Shown here: positions 45,841 through 59,717 of the stretch, piece by piece
How the letters are laid out: each line of letters begins with the position of its first letter
Numbering within the stretch: the first letter of the stretch is position 1
Assembly (NCBI RefSeq): GCF_009914755.1
Contig: NC_060936.1
Length of the DNA: 64,000 bases
DNA from: the human T2T-CHM13v2.0 reference genome, Homo sapiens
Direction: 5' to 3' (one strand)
Translations under genes and position numbers: made by a program
Notes under the pieces: model-generated
Databases searched by the model: none
The model's input: only the letters and a program-made list of their open reading frames with translations
What the model was told of the DNA's origin: nothing

Positions 45841-47220
45841 ACCTTGTTTTGACTCTGTAATATAAATCAATACTTTTGAATGCCTATTGCTTGAGTTATT
45901 TTGCATTTTGGGAATTTTGCCATCAATGTTTTAGACTCTTGTCTATAAGCTTAGGCTAATTATTTGAACATTTATCTAACAGATTTATTTAGTGCTTAAT
46001 ATGTGCCAGGCATGGGTATAGATTTTGAGAAAATACTCACTAAAACACCGGCCACCTTTTCTATGTAAAGATAGTTAAATTCTTTGCTTTCCTTTAATCT
46101 TTCTTAATTAGTTATACAAGGATGCTATTTTTCTTCCTACATGGGAACTCCCATATACACGTTGTGGAGCAATAGTAGGAATCATCAGGCTTAAGAAACA
46201 TTGGCAAGAGGTTTGGAGTTCAGAGACTTTTAATAAATATGCATAAAACAAAGAGAAAGGACTTGCCAGACAGTAAAATGAACAGTGTTAGGGAGAACAC
46301 TTATCCTCCACTGCCCGTACTACTCTGTGGAAGAAATCTCCATGAGCGTAACTCTTTTGACCTCTCTTTGGCCCGTTTTTCATTCTTCTCCAGATCTGAG
46401 TTTTGTAGAAGGAATTGGAAGTATAGGGCTTAATCTCTTCTGTATTTAGCTGGGAGTCTTGTGGCCTGTAGAGAGGGTGCATATGTGTCACACCCTCTCT
46501 GCAGGTGTGGCATGTTCTGGGGAGGACTGCTGATGTCCTGTGCTATCTGTGAATAGTAAGTAAGCTTGCATATTCAGCGATGAAGTGTCATAAACCCATT
46601 AGGCTTAAAGCTGATGCTCATTCTCTAATGAGTGGTGTCTCTAGTGAGGGAGCAAACTGACAGACAATTCTGATATATGATTTATAATTCCAGAGAAGAT
46701 ATAAATCCATTGATTCTTCTCTGCCAATTGTTTGGATTTAATAAGAAGTAACTCTTTATCTTCCAAATTCAGACAAAATTCAGAAAAACAAGCAGGAGTG
46801 AGAGATTAAAGTAACTTTTTAATCATAAGCACTAGAGATACCACTCTATTAATTTCCAGCATGCAATATGTACATTCCAAGTCCTTAAAAGCTGCCCAGT
46901 AAATGTTTGTTCACACAGAAAAGAATGGGATTCAGGTCTCATTTGTAATGTGAAGTGTTTGTTTCAATAATTTCTCAAACTCCAATTCGTATCATCCTGA
47001 GATTCTAATGAGAGATGAATGGGGTTAAAAAAAATGCAAGGAGGACTTCTACTTCCAGTAAAGATAGAGTAACAGGGACTGAATTAAATGATCTACCTTA
47101 AACAAGTAGAAAACTGGTCAATATACATGAAAGAAAAAGTTTTCAGACCTTGGACAATAGGTAATTACACAAGATGATCCCTACAATTGCACCAGCTTAT
47201 AGGCTACAAGTTTGAGATAG

Positions 47221-47555
47221 TCTATTAGTTAGGGTTCTCCAGAGAACCAGAACCAAGAGAATGTATATACATATATAGAAAGAGATTTATTATAAGGAAT
47301 TGGCTTGTGCAATTCTGGAGGCTGGGAAGTTCAAAATCTGTAGCCTGCAGACTGGAGACCCGGCACAGCTGATAGTGAAGATGCAGTCCAAAAGCAATTC
47401 GCTGGAGAATTTCCTCTTGCTTAGGCAGGCCAGGCTTTTTGTTCTATTCAGGCCTTCAACTGATTGGCCTTCTATTCCGGCCTTCAACACTTTGTGGAGG
47501 ACAATCAGCTTTACTCAAAGTTCACCCATTTAGACGATAATCTCATCCCAAAGTC
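47221..47555 (-). mobile_element. MLT2B-like ERVL LTR
   Basis: 'tattagttagggttctccagaga...gagatttattataaggaattggc...ttcaggccttcaactgattgg'. Confidence 0.85.
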
Positions 47556-47944
47556 TTCAAGAAAAAGACCCAAATGCAACTTTCAGCAAACAAATGCTGA
47601 GAGAATTCATTGCTATGGAGAATGTTAAAGGACGTTCTTTAGGAAGTAAGATTATTATATAGACATTTGGATCTAAACATGGAAAAGAATAGTGCCAGAA
47701 ACAGTAAATATATGGGTAAAAACATTTTTTACCCTTTTTAATTTCTTTAAAGAATATTGACTATTTAAAGTAAAAGTAATAACAATTTATCATAGAATTA
47801 ACAGCACATATGGAGGTAAAATGCATGACAACAATAGCATAAAGACCAGGAGGGGGAAGGGAAAGTGTAGTATTGTCAGATTCTTATACTATGTGTAAAT
47901 GAGCATAATATTTGAAAGCAGATTTTGATAAGTTAAAGATGTAT

Positions 47945-49730
<1,786 letters not shown>

Positions 49731-50334
49731 TACTGAAAAGGATATGTAAGAAACTTACTCTAAATACAAAAATACATGAATTATAGACAAAGGTATCCCA
49801 TGCAAATACTAATCCAAAGAGAGCTTGAATGACTATATTAATTAATGTCAATGTAGATTTCAGAGCAAGAAATATTATCACAGATTAACAGGAATACTTC
49901 ACAATAATAAAGGGATAAATTTATCATAAACATATTAATCTTAAATGTATATGCTACTACTAATTTCAAAATCCATGAAGCAAAAACTGGTAGAACTAAA
50001 GGAAGGAATAGATAAATCCACAATTATAGTTGAAGACTGTAACACTCTTATCTCAGTAATTTTTAAACAAGCAAATAAGAAATCATAAGTTTATAGAAGA
50101 CTTGAGGAACAGTATCATCAATATAGGACACAAAAGCTGCTGAGTAACACATTTGTTTACAAATATACACAGACCACATTTTAGGCCATAAAATGTATCT
50201 TACTAAATTTAAGATGATTGAAATCATATGGACCACAAAGGAAGTAATCTAGAAATCAATAATGAGAAAGATACATGGAGAATCCCCAGTCAACTTATGG
50301 GATGCAGCAAAAGCAGTACTTACAGGAAAATGTT

Positions 50335-50710
50335 TCTGTCAGTTCTGGCTGCTATAGCAAGAATACCATAGACTGGGAGACTTAAATAACAAACATTTAT
50401 TTCTCATAGGTCTGGGGGCTGGGAAGACGAAGTTCAAGATGCTAGCTGATTCTATGTCAGATAAGGGGATTCTTTCTGGTTTGCAAACAACTACCTTCTC
50501 ATTGTATCCTCACATGTTTTGAAGGGAGAGGGAGAAAGAGCACATTCTCTCATGTCTCTTCTTATAAATGCACTAATCCTATTCATGGGGAATCCATCTT
50601 TCAACAAATTACCTCTTAATACCACCCTACCACCCTTTAATACCATTACGTTAGGGGTCAGGACTTCAACATACAAATTTTGCAAGGACACAAACATTTA
50701 GTCTATAACA
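50335..50710 (-). mobile_element. MLT1A-type solo LTR
   Basis: 'ataccatagactggg...catttatttctca...aacatttagtctataaca'. Confidence 0.85.
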
Positions 50711-51479
50711 GGAAATAATGCTAATAGTAGAAAAGAAGAAAGGTCTCAAATCATAAGGTGGTCTAAATCTCCACCTTAAGAAACTAGGAAAAGAAAATTA
50801 AACCCAAAGTAAGCATAAAGGAAGAAATAACAAAGATAACAGAAATCAATAAAATCAAAAACAGAAAAAAAGATCAATAAACTGAAAGCTCGCTATTTGA
50901 AAAACTTAAATAAAATGGAAAAACCTGTAGCCAGACTGATCAAGAAAAAGTAAGAGAAGTCACAAATTACAAATACGATAAATGAAAGACTCTAAAGACC
51001 TACAGACATTAAAAGAATAACAAGGGAACAATATGAGTAAGTGTCTGTCTATAGATTTCACAACTTCGAGCAGGATTTCTCAGATATTTTCAGGTTGCAT
51101 CTGCTAAGAGTGCTTTCAGTAGCAAATGACAGAAAACATGACCTACAGAAACTTAAACAGCTAATTTTTCTCATGTGACAAGACACTCAGAGGTAGATTG
51201 CTTCAATGACAATTATGTCAGGGTCTAAGATGGTATCTCTGCCATTCTGTAATCTTTTTCTCATGGTCACAGGCACCAATCATATCAGCATTCAAGGCTG
51301 AAAGAAAGGGCTAGGAGTGAGACTGGCCATGCATAACCCTTTTATCAGAAAAGCAAAAGCTTTCCCATAAGCTCCCCCACACCCACACCAAGCCGACTTC
51401 CTTTGACACCTCATTGGGCAGAACTGGGTCCCATGACCTTTATTAAATTCAACCTTAGAAGGTTGGGAAGTCTAATGTC

Positions 51480-51916
51480 TGTTAAAGTGATTTAAGGTGG
51501 AGAACAGCCCTGGAAAATTCCTGAGCAGACAAAACCATTAGGAATTGAAAGTAACCTTAACCTCACTTGATTACAAACATAAGTTAAATTTGGCATTTAC
51601 AAGCATTTACAAGAAATGCTTGTATTAGAGAAAAATGAATCTTAAACTCAACCAATGAGAAGCTGCCAAGTAACTTATTAGAGGTCTATAACAAGGGACT
51701 TTCCAGAGGGACAGACCAAATAAGAGAGCTGTGTAACTGTAACCAGTCTGGTATTGTCTTTGCTTTACTTCTACATTCACCCTATAAAAGCCTGTCCCTT
51801 ACACTTCTTCAAAAGAGCCTGAAACCTCTTTTGGTTTGGTGCTTCCTAATTTATGAATCACTGTTTGTTCAAATAAACTCTTCAGACTTTTTATTGTGTC
51901 TCAGTTTACCTGTCAA
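51480..51916 (+). mobile_element. ERV1-class solo LTR (MER4-group, LTR54-like), inserted in an old MLT1 remnant
   Basis: TGTTAAAG start, CCAAT, 'cctataaaagc' TATA box and AATAAA near the end. Confidence 0.65.
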
Positions 51917-51957
51917 TGTATCTAAAAAAGGGCAGCAGGATTTTAATGTTTGGTCTG

Positions 51958-52352
51958 TGTTATGAGCTGAAATTTGTTTCCCCAAAATTCACATGTGGAA
52001 GTTCTAATGACTAGTAATTCAGAATGTGACTATATTTAGAGATAGGGTCTTCAAACAGGTAATGAGACCTTCATTGTGGGGCCTAATCCAATCTGACTGG
52101 TAGCCTTAAAAGAAGAGAGAACTTGGACACACAGAAATAGCAGAAGTGCATGCACCCAGAGGAATGGTCATGTGAGAACAAAGCAAGGAGGCATCCACCT
52201 GCAAGCCAAAGGGAGAGGCCGCAGAAGAAACCAGACCTGCCAACACCTTAATCTTGGACTTCTAGCCTCCAGAACTGTGAGAAAATAAAGTTTTGTTATT
52301 TAAGCCACCTTGTCCATGGTAGGTTGCTATGGCAGCCCAACAGACTAAAACA
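51958..52352 (+). mobile_element. MLT1B solo LTR
   Basis: 'tgttatgagctgaa...cagaatgtgactatattt...ggacttctagcctccagaactgtgagaaaataaa...actaaaaca'. Confidence 0.88.
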
Positions 52353-52359
52353 GCTTGGT

Positions 52360-52530
52360 CCAAGGGTTTCTCAACAGAGAACATTACTCTGTAGGTGAGC
52401 ACTTGGAAATGGTAGAGAATATTTTCTAGTTATCACAGTGACCAGGAAATACTCCTGACCTTTAATGTGCCATGGCAAGACATGCAAAAATTCTCACCAT
52501 GGGCAGTATAGTCCTGTGTAACTAATAATT
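52360..52530. mobile_element. MER20B-like hAT fragment
   Basis: 'caagggtttctcaac...ttggaaatg...gttatcacagtgac'. Confidence 0.5.
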
Positions 52531-53619
52531 AGCTCCCTTTCTTCTACTGACAGCAGCTTTCCTTCTGAGAAATGATGCTTTAAAATTCATGACCTTTTGG
52601 TCAGGAAGGTGTACATTGTTGCCCCCCACCAAAAAAAAAAAATCAAGGGTCCCATTAGCAAGAAATAAATAAATGATAGTTGAATAGAAATCAACAGCAT
52701 CACCCCAGAACTTAAAGGATTAAAAAAAAAGAAAAGAAAAAAGAAATCAATAGCATCTGCCCGACTTTGATGGTGTGTGGTCACTCCTGCTACTGGGCAA
52801 GAAGGGGTAATCTGTTGGGTTGTAGACTTCACAGAAATAAAGATAAATTATCAGTGTGTATTTCCGTTTTGCAAGAAAAGGTTCTTACAGATCTTTTAAA
52901 AATTCGTTTTGAAGCCAATCTATTTTTCAAAGGATCAATTTCTTTACAAAATGTAGTGATACATGACATTTGGCTTCCTCTTCAGTCACAGAATTTTCCA
53001 AGGTCAAACTTAACATTGTAACTTTCAATCTCATGATTTTCTAACAAAATTAGTTTGGAAAAAGAAAATAGGTTATAAAGGATATAATTTAATATTAGCC
53101 TTCTGCATAAAAAGCAAGAAAAATCAGGTGAAAATTTATTGGTTTTGAAAAGGAACAGTAATTAAGTGTTCCTGAACTGAGAAGTTCACAATATTTTAGG
53201 GAGCCTATCCTGTCTCTCCTTATCCTTTCCCAGTAAGTAAGGTGAAGATTAAGTATTATTTTGCATATTTCAAAAATTTAAGAAAGTAAATCTGAGCAAA
53301 TTGCCATAATTATATGGTGAGTCAGTGGTTGAGCTGGGGATGGAACAAGGGACTGACTGGATGTTGAAAACTGGTCTCCTGTCTGCTGTCCCCCATTCCC
53401 AAACCACATCTGGGCAAAACATGATGGGACAGCTGCTTCCTCCAAAGCTCTGCCTTCACAAAGCTTTCACCTAATTAGGCTTATTTAAAAGCAGAATCTT
53501 GTATGAAGGCTTATTAGAAAATTTCCCTTTTCTGTTTAATTCTCTCCTGACTTAGACCTGCTTTTTAAAAAGTCCTTGCTACTTTACTAACCTAATTTGA
53601 ATCTACGAGTTCTATAACT

Positions 53620-56600
53620 GACCCTGTAACTTGGAAAGTTTTTGTTTTTGTTTTCTTTTGTTTATAAATTGGTATGTTCAGACCATCTATCTTTATTGTC
53701 TTTGTTAATTTGTTGGATTTAAAGCCACCCTCTTGCTTATTATTTTCAATTTGTTTAATCGGTTCTTTGCTCCACTTTTTTCTGCCTGTTCTTGGATGAG
53801 TTGCTTTTATATTATTTCATATTATCTTCATGGTGGGCTTATTCCTATCTCTTAAAAAATTTTGGTAACTGTCCAAAAATTTACAATATATGTTCTTTTA
53901 AAAATATTTTAAATTTTCGTGGGTACATAGCAGGTGTATATAGGCATACAATGCATAATGGTCACATCAGAGTAAGTGAGGGTATTCGTCACCTCAAGCA
54001 TTTATCCTTTCTTTGTGTTACAATCAAATTATACTATTTTAGTTATTTTTAAATGTACAGTTATTATTGACCATAGTCACCCTGTTGTGCTAACAAATAC
54101 TAGATCTTATTCATTCTATCTAACATAATTTTGTAGCCATTAACCACTCCCCACTCTCCCCACTCCCACTACCATTCCCAGCCTCTGGTAACTATCATTC
54201 TACCATCTCCACGAGTTCTACAATCATCACAATCCAATTTGAATATTATACTGCTTCATATGTAGTTTAAGAATGTTATAACAGTGTGTTTCCAATTCTT
54301 CCTTCCCATTTTTATGCTATAGTTCTTACACATTTTGCTTTTACATATACTACAAATACATAATATGCTGCTACTATTTTCTCAATAGACAGTAAAATTA
54401 GCATTTTTAGCATTCAGTTCTGCAAATTTTGACAAATGCATACAGTCATGTAGCCACCACAATCAAGATATAAAACAGCTTCACCACTTCCACCCCCTCC
54501 AGATTTCCCTGTGTCTTTTTGTAGTCAATTTCTCCTTCTACCCACATTCCTCGACAATGCCAGTCTGACTTCTGTGGCTTAGGCTTTGCCTTTTTCATAA
54601 TGTCACGTAAGTGGACTCAGACTCTGTAGCCTTTTGTGACTGGCTTCTTTCACTTAGTATAATATATTTAAGATTTTTCCATGTTGTTATGTTTATCAGT
54701 AATTTATTCCCTCTTTATTGGTAAGTAATATTCTACGGTATAACTCTACCACAGTTTATTCACATTAATGTCAAAAAAGATTGGAGTTGTTTCCAGTTTT
54801 GGATGATTATAACTAAAGCCATCATTAACATTTGCATGCACATATTTTTATAGATTTAAGTTTTAGTTTCATTTTGGTAAATGACTAGGAGTGGGATTCC
54901 TAGGTTATATAGTAAATGTATGTTTAATTTTATAGGAAGCTTCCAATCTGCTTCCCAAAGTCATGTACCATTTCACATTCTCACTGGAAATATCTAAGAA
55001 TTTCAGGCTCTTTACTCTCTCACCAGCACTTGGTTTCATCAGCTTTTTTTTTTTTTTCCTTTTAGCCATTGTAATAGGTGAGTAGTGATATTGAGTAGTG
55101 TTCAAATTTGCATTTCCTTAATGACTAAAGGTGTTGAGTATTTTCTCATATGGTTTTTTGCCATCCTATATTTTCTTTGGTGAAGTGTTCGAATTTTTTT
55201 GGCTTTAGTTATTCATTTTATTTTTATTTTTATAAAGTTCCTTATATATTCTGAATACAAATTCTTCATTAGACATGTATTTTGCACACATTTACTTCTA
55301 GTCTCTGGCTCATCTTCTCAATCTCAACAGTGTGTTTCAAAGAGCAAAAATTTTTAATTTTGATGAAGTCCAATTCGTCATTATTTTTCTTTTAAAGATT
55401 GTGCTTTTTTGTTGTTGTTGCATCTAATAACTCATTGCCTAACCAAAAGACAAAAATATTTTCCTGTGTTTTATTCTATAAATTCTGTAGTTTGTCACAT
55501 AGGCTTATAAGCCATTTTAAGTTAATTTTTAGATAAGGTATGTGAGATTCATTGTTTTGCATATGGTTGTTCAGTTTAGCTCTGTTTGCTGAAAAGGTTT
55601 TTTTCATTTAATTGAATTTGTATCTCTGTTAAAATTATTTTATCATAAGTATCTAGATCTTTGTCTGGATTCTCTCCCCTGTTCCACTGACCTTTCTACT
55701 CATTATCCAAAATCACTCTAAATCAATTATTTTTTGGAAAGTCTAAAGATAAGAAAAATGTATTTTAAAATATTTACATTCATTTTAATTATATTTGAAA
55801 ATCTTCATGTCTTTATGAAGGTGCAAGTCTGGTATCATATTTCTTTTTGCCTAAATAATTTTCTTGTATATCTCTTATAGTACAGATCTCCTTGTAATAA
55901 ATTCTCTCAGCTTTTGTTGCCTAAAAAAGTATTTGTTTATATTTCTGAAAGTTACACACTGGATATAGAATTCTAGGTTGGCAAGTTTTTGTTTTGTTTC
56001 TGTGAGACTATTTTAAAGATGTTGCTCACTGTCTTCTTGCCTGCATTGTTTCTGATGGAACATCTGCCATCCTTTTCTTCAGTGCTTAATGTATCTTTTC
56101 ACTCTGGCTGTTTTTGAAATTTTCTCTTTATCATTGATTTTCAACAGTTTGATCGTAATGTGCTTTGGTGCAGCTTTCTTGACATTTTTTGTGCTTTGTA
56201 TTTATTGAGCTTCCTGTATCTATGGGATTATATTTCCCATCAAATGTGGAAAAAATTTTAGCTATTACTTTTGCAATTTTTTTTCTGCTTTCCTTTCATG
56301 AAGACTCCAGTTACATGCATAGTAGGGTATTTGAAGTTATCTCACAGCTCACTTTTACTTTGTTAATTTTCTAAAATTCTCTGTCTCTCTTTTGTAGGAG
56401 ATTCTATAACTTCTACTTAAATAGTCCTTTTTTCGGCAACGTCTAATTTGTCATTAATTATATCCAATGTATTTCTCATCTCAGACATTGATGTTTTCAA
56501 CTGTAGAAATTTGAGGACTGTCTTGTTGTCTTCCATGCCTCTACATGCTTTTTGAACATGTGGAATTCAATTATAACCATTTTAGTGTTCTTACCTGTTA

Positions 56601-58160
56601 ATAATAACATCTGTATTAGTTATGGAGCAGTTTTAATTGATTTAATTTTTTCTCCATGTTGAGGGTCATATTTCCCTGCTTCTTCAGATGCCTGGAAATT
56701 TTTTACAATTCTATTTGATTTCACAAAGCCTTCCCGTTTTAGGACAGTTTTAAATTTACAGAAAAACGGTGAAGATAGGACAGAGAGTCACCACATACTC
56801 CACACTAAATTTACCCTACTGTTAGCATCTTACATTAGTGTTGTATATTTGTGATAATTAATGAACTAATACTGATATATTATTACTAACTAAATTCCAT
56901 AATGTATTCGGATTTCCTTATTTTTTTTTACAGTGTCTTTTTCTGATCCTAATAGTCATATCTAGGATACCAAATCACATTCAGCAGTCACATGACCTTA
57001 GGCTGTTTTTGGCTATGACAGTTTCTCAGACTTTTCCTGTTTTTGATGACCTTGATAGGTTTGAGGAGTACAAGTCAGGTATTTTGTAGAATGTCCCTCA
57101 ACTGACATTTTTCTGATGTTTTTCTCATGATTACACTGGGATTTTCTGTTTTTGAGAGGAAAACTGCTGGTGTCATCACATCATATCAAGGATACCTATT
57201 ACTGACATGATTTATTACTATTGATGTTATCCTTGATCACCTGCCTGAGATAATGCTTGTCACATTTCTCCACTGTAAAGTAATCTTTCCCCTCATTTTC
57301 ATACTGTGCTGTTTTGAAGGAAGTCACTATGCATAGTCCATGTGTAAGGAGTGGGGAGCACCCTCCTTGAGGGTGGAGTGTATACATAAATAGTTTTGAA
57401 TTCTTCTGGGCAGGACTAATGTTTTATTGAATTCCAGACTGTTGAATTTTACCTTTGTTCTTGAGCTTTGTTTTTGGATGCAGTTATGTTACTTGGAAAC
57501 TGTTTAATCCTTTGGGTTTTGCTTTTAAAGTTTGTTAGGTGGGACCAGAGTGTTGCATTGTCTATGCCAAATTATTCTCCACTTCTGAGGCAAGACCCTT
57601 CTGAGTGTTCTTACCAATGCCATGTGAATTTTGAGGTTTTCCAGTCTGGCTGGTGGGAACAAGCAATGTTCCTGGCCTTACATGAGTGCTGGGTACTACT
57701 CTCTTTAATCCTTTTTGGATGATTCTTTCCCTGGCTTTAGATTATTTTCTAACACGAATGTGGTGATCTATAAACTCTGCTGACGATTCCAGCAAGACCC
57801 TCTACAAATATTTGTAGTTCTTGCTCAATGCAGCACTTACTTCTCCAGTACTCTATCCTGCTAACTCTAGCCATTGTGGTTTTCTCAGACCCTCAGCCCT
57901 GTGTCCTCAACTTAGGGAGTTTGTTGGACTCTGCTAGAGTTCTCTCTCCTGGCTGTGAGGCATGTAAACTCACTAACGACCTAAGCCTGGACAAAATAAT
58001 ACTTGCTTCATATGCTTCCCATATCTTAGGGATCATTGTCCTTCATTGCTTATATCCAGTGTTTTGAAAATATTGTTTCATACATTTAGTCTAATTATTT
58101 TATTCAGGCAGGAGGGTACATCTGGTCTCTATTAGTCTACCTTGGCCAAAAGTGGAAGTC
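53620..58160 (-). mobile_element. Ancient L1MD/MC 5'UTR-ORF1 with nested L1 3' fragments (L1MA ~53905-54220, L1ME/MB ~54410-55700, L1MC4 ~56730-57415)
   Basis: 5' start (reverse complement) 'gacttccacttttggcc' at 58160. Subfamily-type 3' ends are recognisable inside. Confidence 0.7.
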
Positions 58161-59229
58161 CTGTCTGCCACTCTTTTACTCTAACTTTGAGTTAAACTGA
58201 CCACCGGCCAGTTTCACAATATGCTGTGTTCTCACCTACTTCTGGCCTTTGAAGATTCTGGCTGTTTCAACTCTTTTATATTTCTTTTTTTTTCTGATCT
58301 GGCACATTCTTTAGCATATTTTATATCTTTTCATGGAAATTCTTTCATTCATTCATTTATTCAGTTTGTAGCTACGAAATCTTACTAGGTGTCTTTGTGC
58401 TATCATCTTCTTTGATTCTCACAACGTTTACAATTAAACTTTCTCAAATTCGTATGGTTAATGGATGGAAGAAGGGCTTACATTTTTGTCTATATGACTG
58501 CCCATTTTCTTTCCATTATGCACTATGATTTTTCTACATTATTTTTGAATAACTACAATGCTTCCAGCCTTGAATTTGAATGATTTTGAAGTGGTCTTAG
58601 TTCTAGAAAATATGATTTATATACTCAGGCATCTTCCAATATTGCTAAAAGAACAATAACGTACTTCAAACAAACAGAACAGTATAAGATAGTGTAGGAC
58701 AAAGGGTTAAATGTTTTATAGGGGATTTTTGAAGTGCCTTTTAAGACATTGTAAAATGGGAAGATCAATAATCGGCTAGACTAGTTGACAGTGATTCATG
58801 GAGGACACGCAGGAGGAGCAAGATTTGATGCATAGTGAGGACTTGCCTTTATCAAATCTTCCTGATTCGTTTGCTGAGGCCCAGGAGTGTTCCATAAAAT
58901 AATTTGAAGTACTTAAGATATCAGCTCCTTCATGCTCAGAGTATCTAACTGGGAACAGTAGTCATCCATTTATCCCTTAGTTCCAAATAGGTAGTATCAT
59001 ATTTTATGAAGTGGAAAGATTGTGAAGTATGGGGACAGAGAAAGAAAAAAATAGCTATTGGTAAAGCATAGTAAGGATAATAATCAGAATAGAGGGGAGA
59101 GCAGGGATAGCATGAGATGGGCAATTATAAGAAAGCTCAGATAAAAGAGGAGTTGTGAGACTGTGAAATAGCACCTAGACAAGTCACTCTACAAATTTAA
59201 TGCCCATTTGTAATACCACCTGTTAAAAA

Positions 59230-59717
59230 GTGCCTGTAATCCCAGCACTTTGAGAGGCCGAGGTGGGAGGATTGCTTGAGGCCAGGAGTTTGAGGCCAGG
59301 TTGGGCAATATAGTGAGATCCTGTTTCTAAAACAAAACAAAACAAAACAAAAAAAACCAAAAACCCCCCACAAAAAACAAACAAACAAACAAACAAACAA
59401 ACAAACAAACACCAGATGTGGTGGTGCATGCCTTGTAGTCCTAGCTACTTGGGAAGCTGAGGTGGAAGGATGGCTTGAGTGCTGGAGTTTGAGATCAGCC
59501 TGGACAACACAGTGAGACCCTGTCTATACAAAAAAATAAAATTAAATGAGTAAGGTGTGGTGGTGTACACTAGCCCTAGCTATTTCGCAGGCTGAGGTGG
59601 GAGAATCACTTAAGTCCAAGAGTTGGAGGCTGCAGTGGGTTTGATTGTGCTGGTATACTCCAACCTGAGTGACAGAGCAAGGACCTATATCAAAAAAAAA
59701 AAAAAAAAAAAAAAAAA
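59230..59717 (+). mobile_element. Three-monomer AluJ-type composite with (CAAA)n linker
   Basis: Left-type monomer, (caaaa/caaa)n, second short monomer, right arm and ~A26 tail. Confidence 0.85.

Noticed and set aside
46560-46650. C/D-box snoRNA
   Set aside because: No intact RUGAUGA box and no terminal stem.
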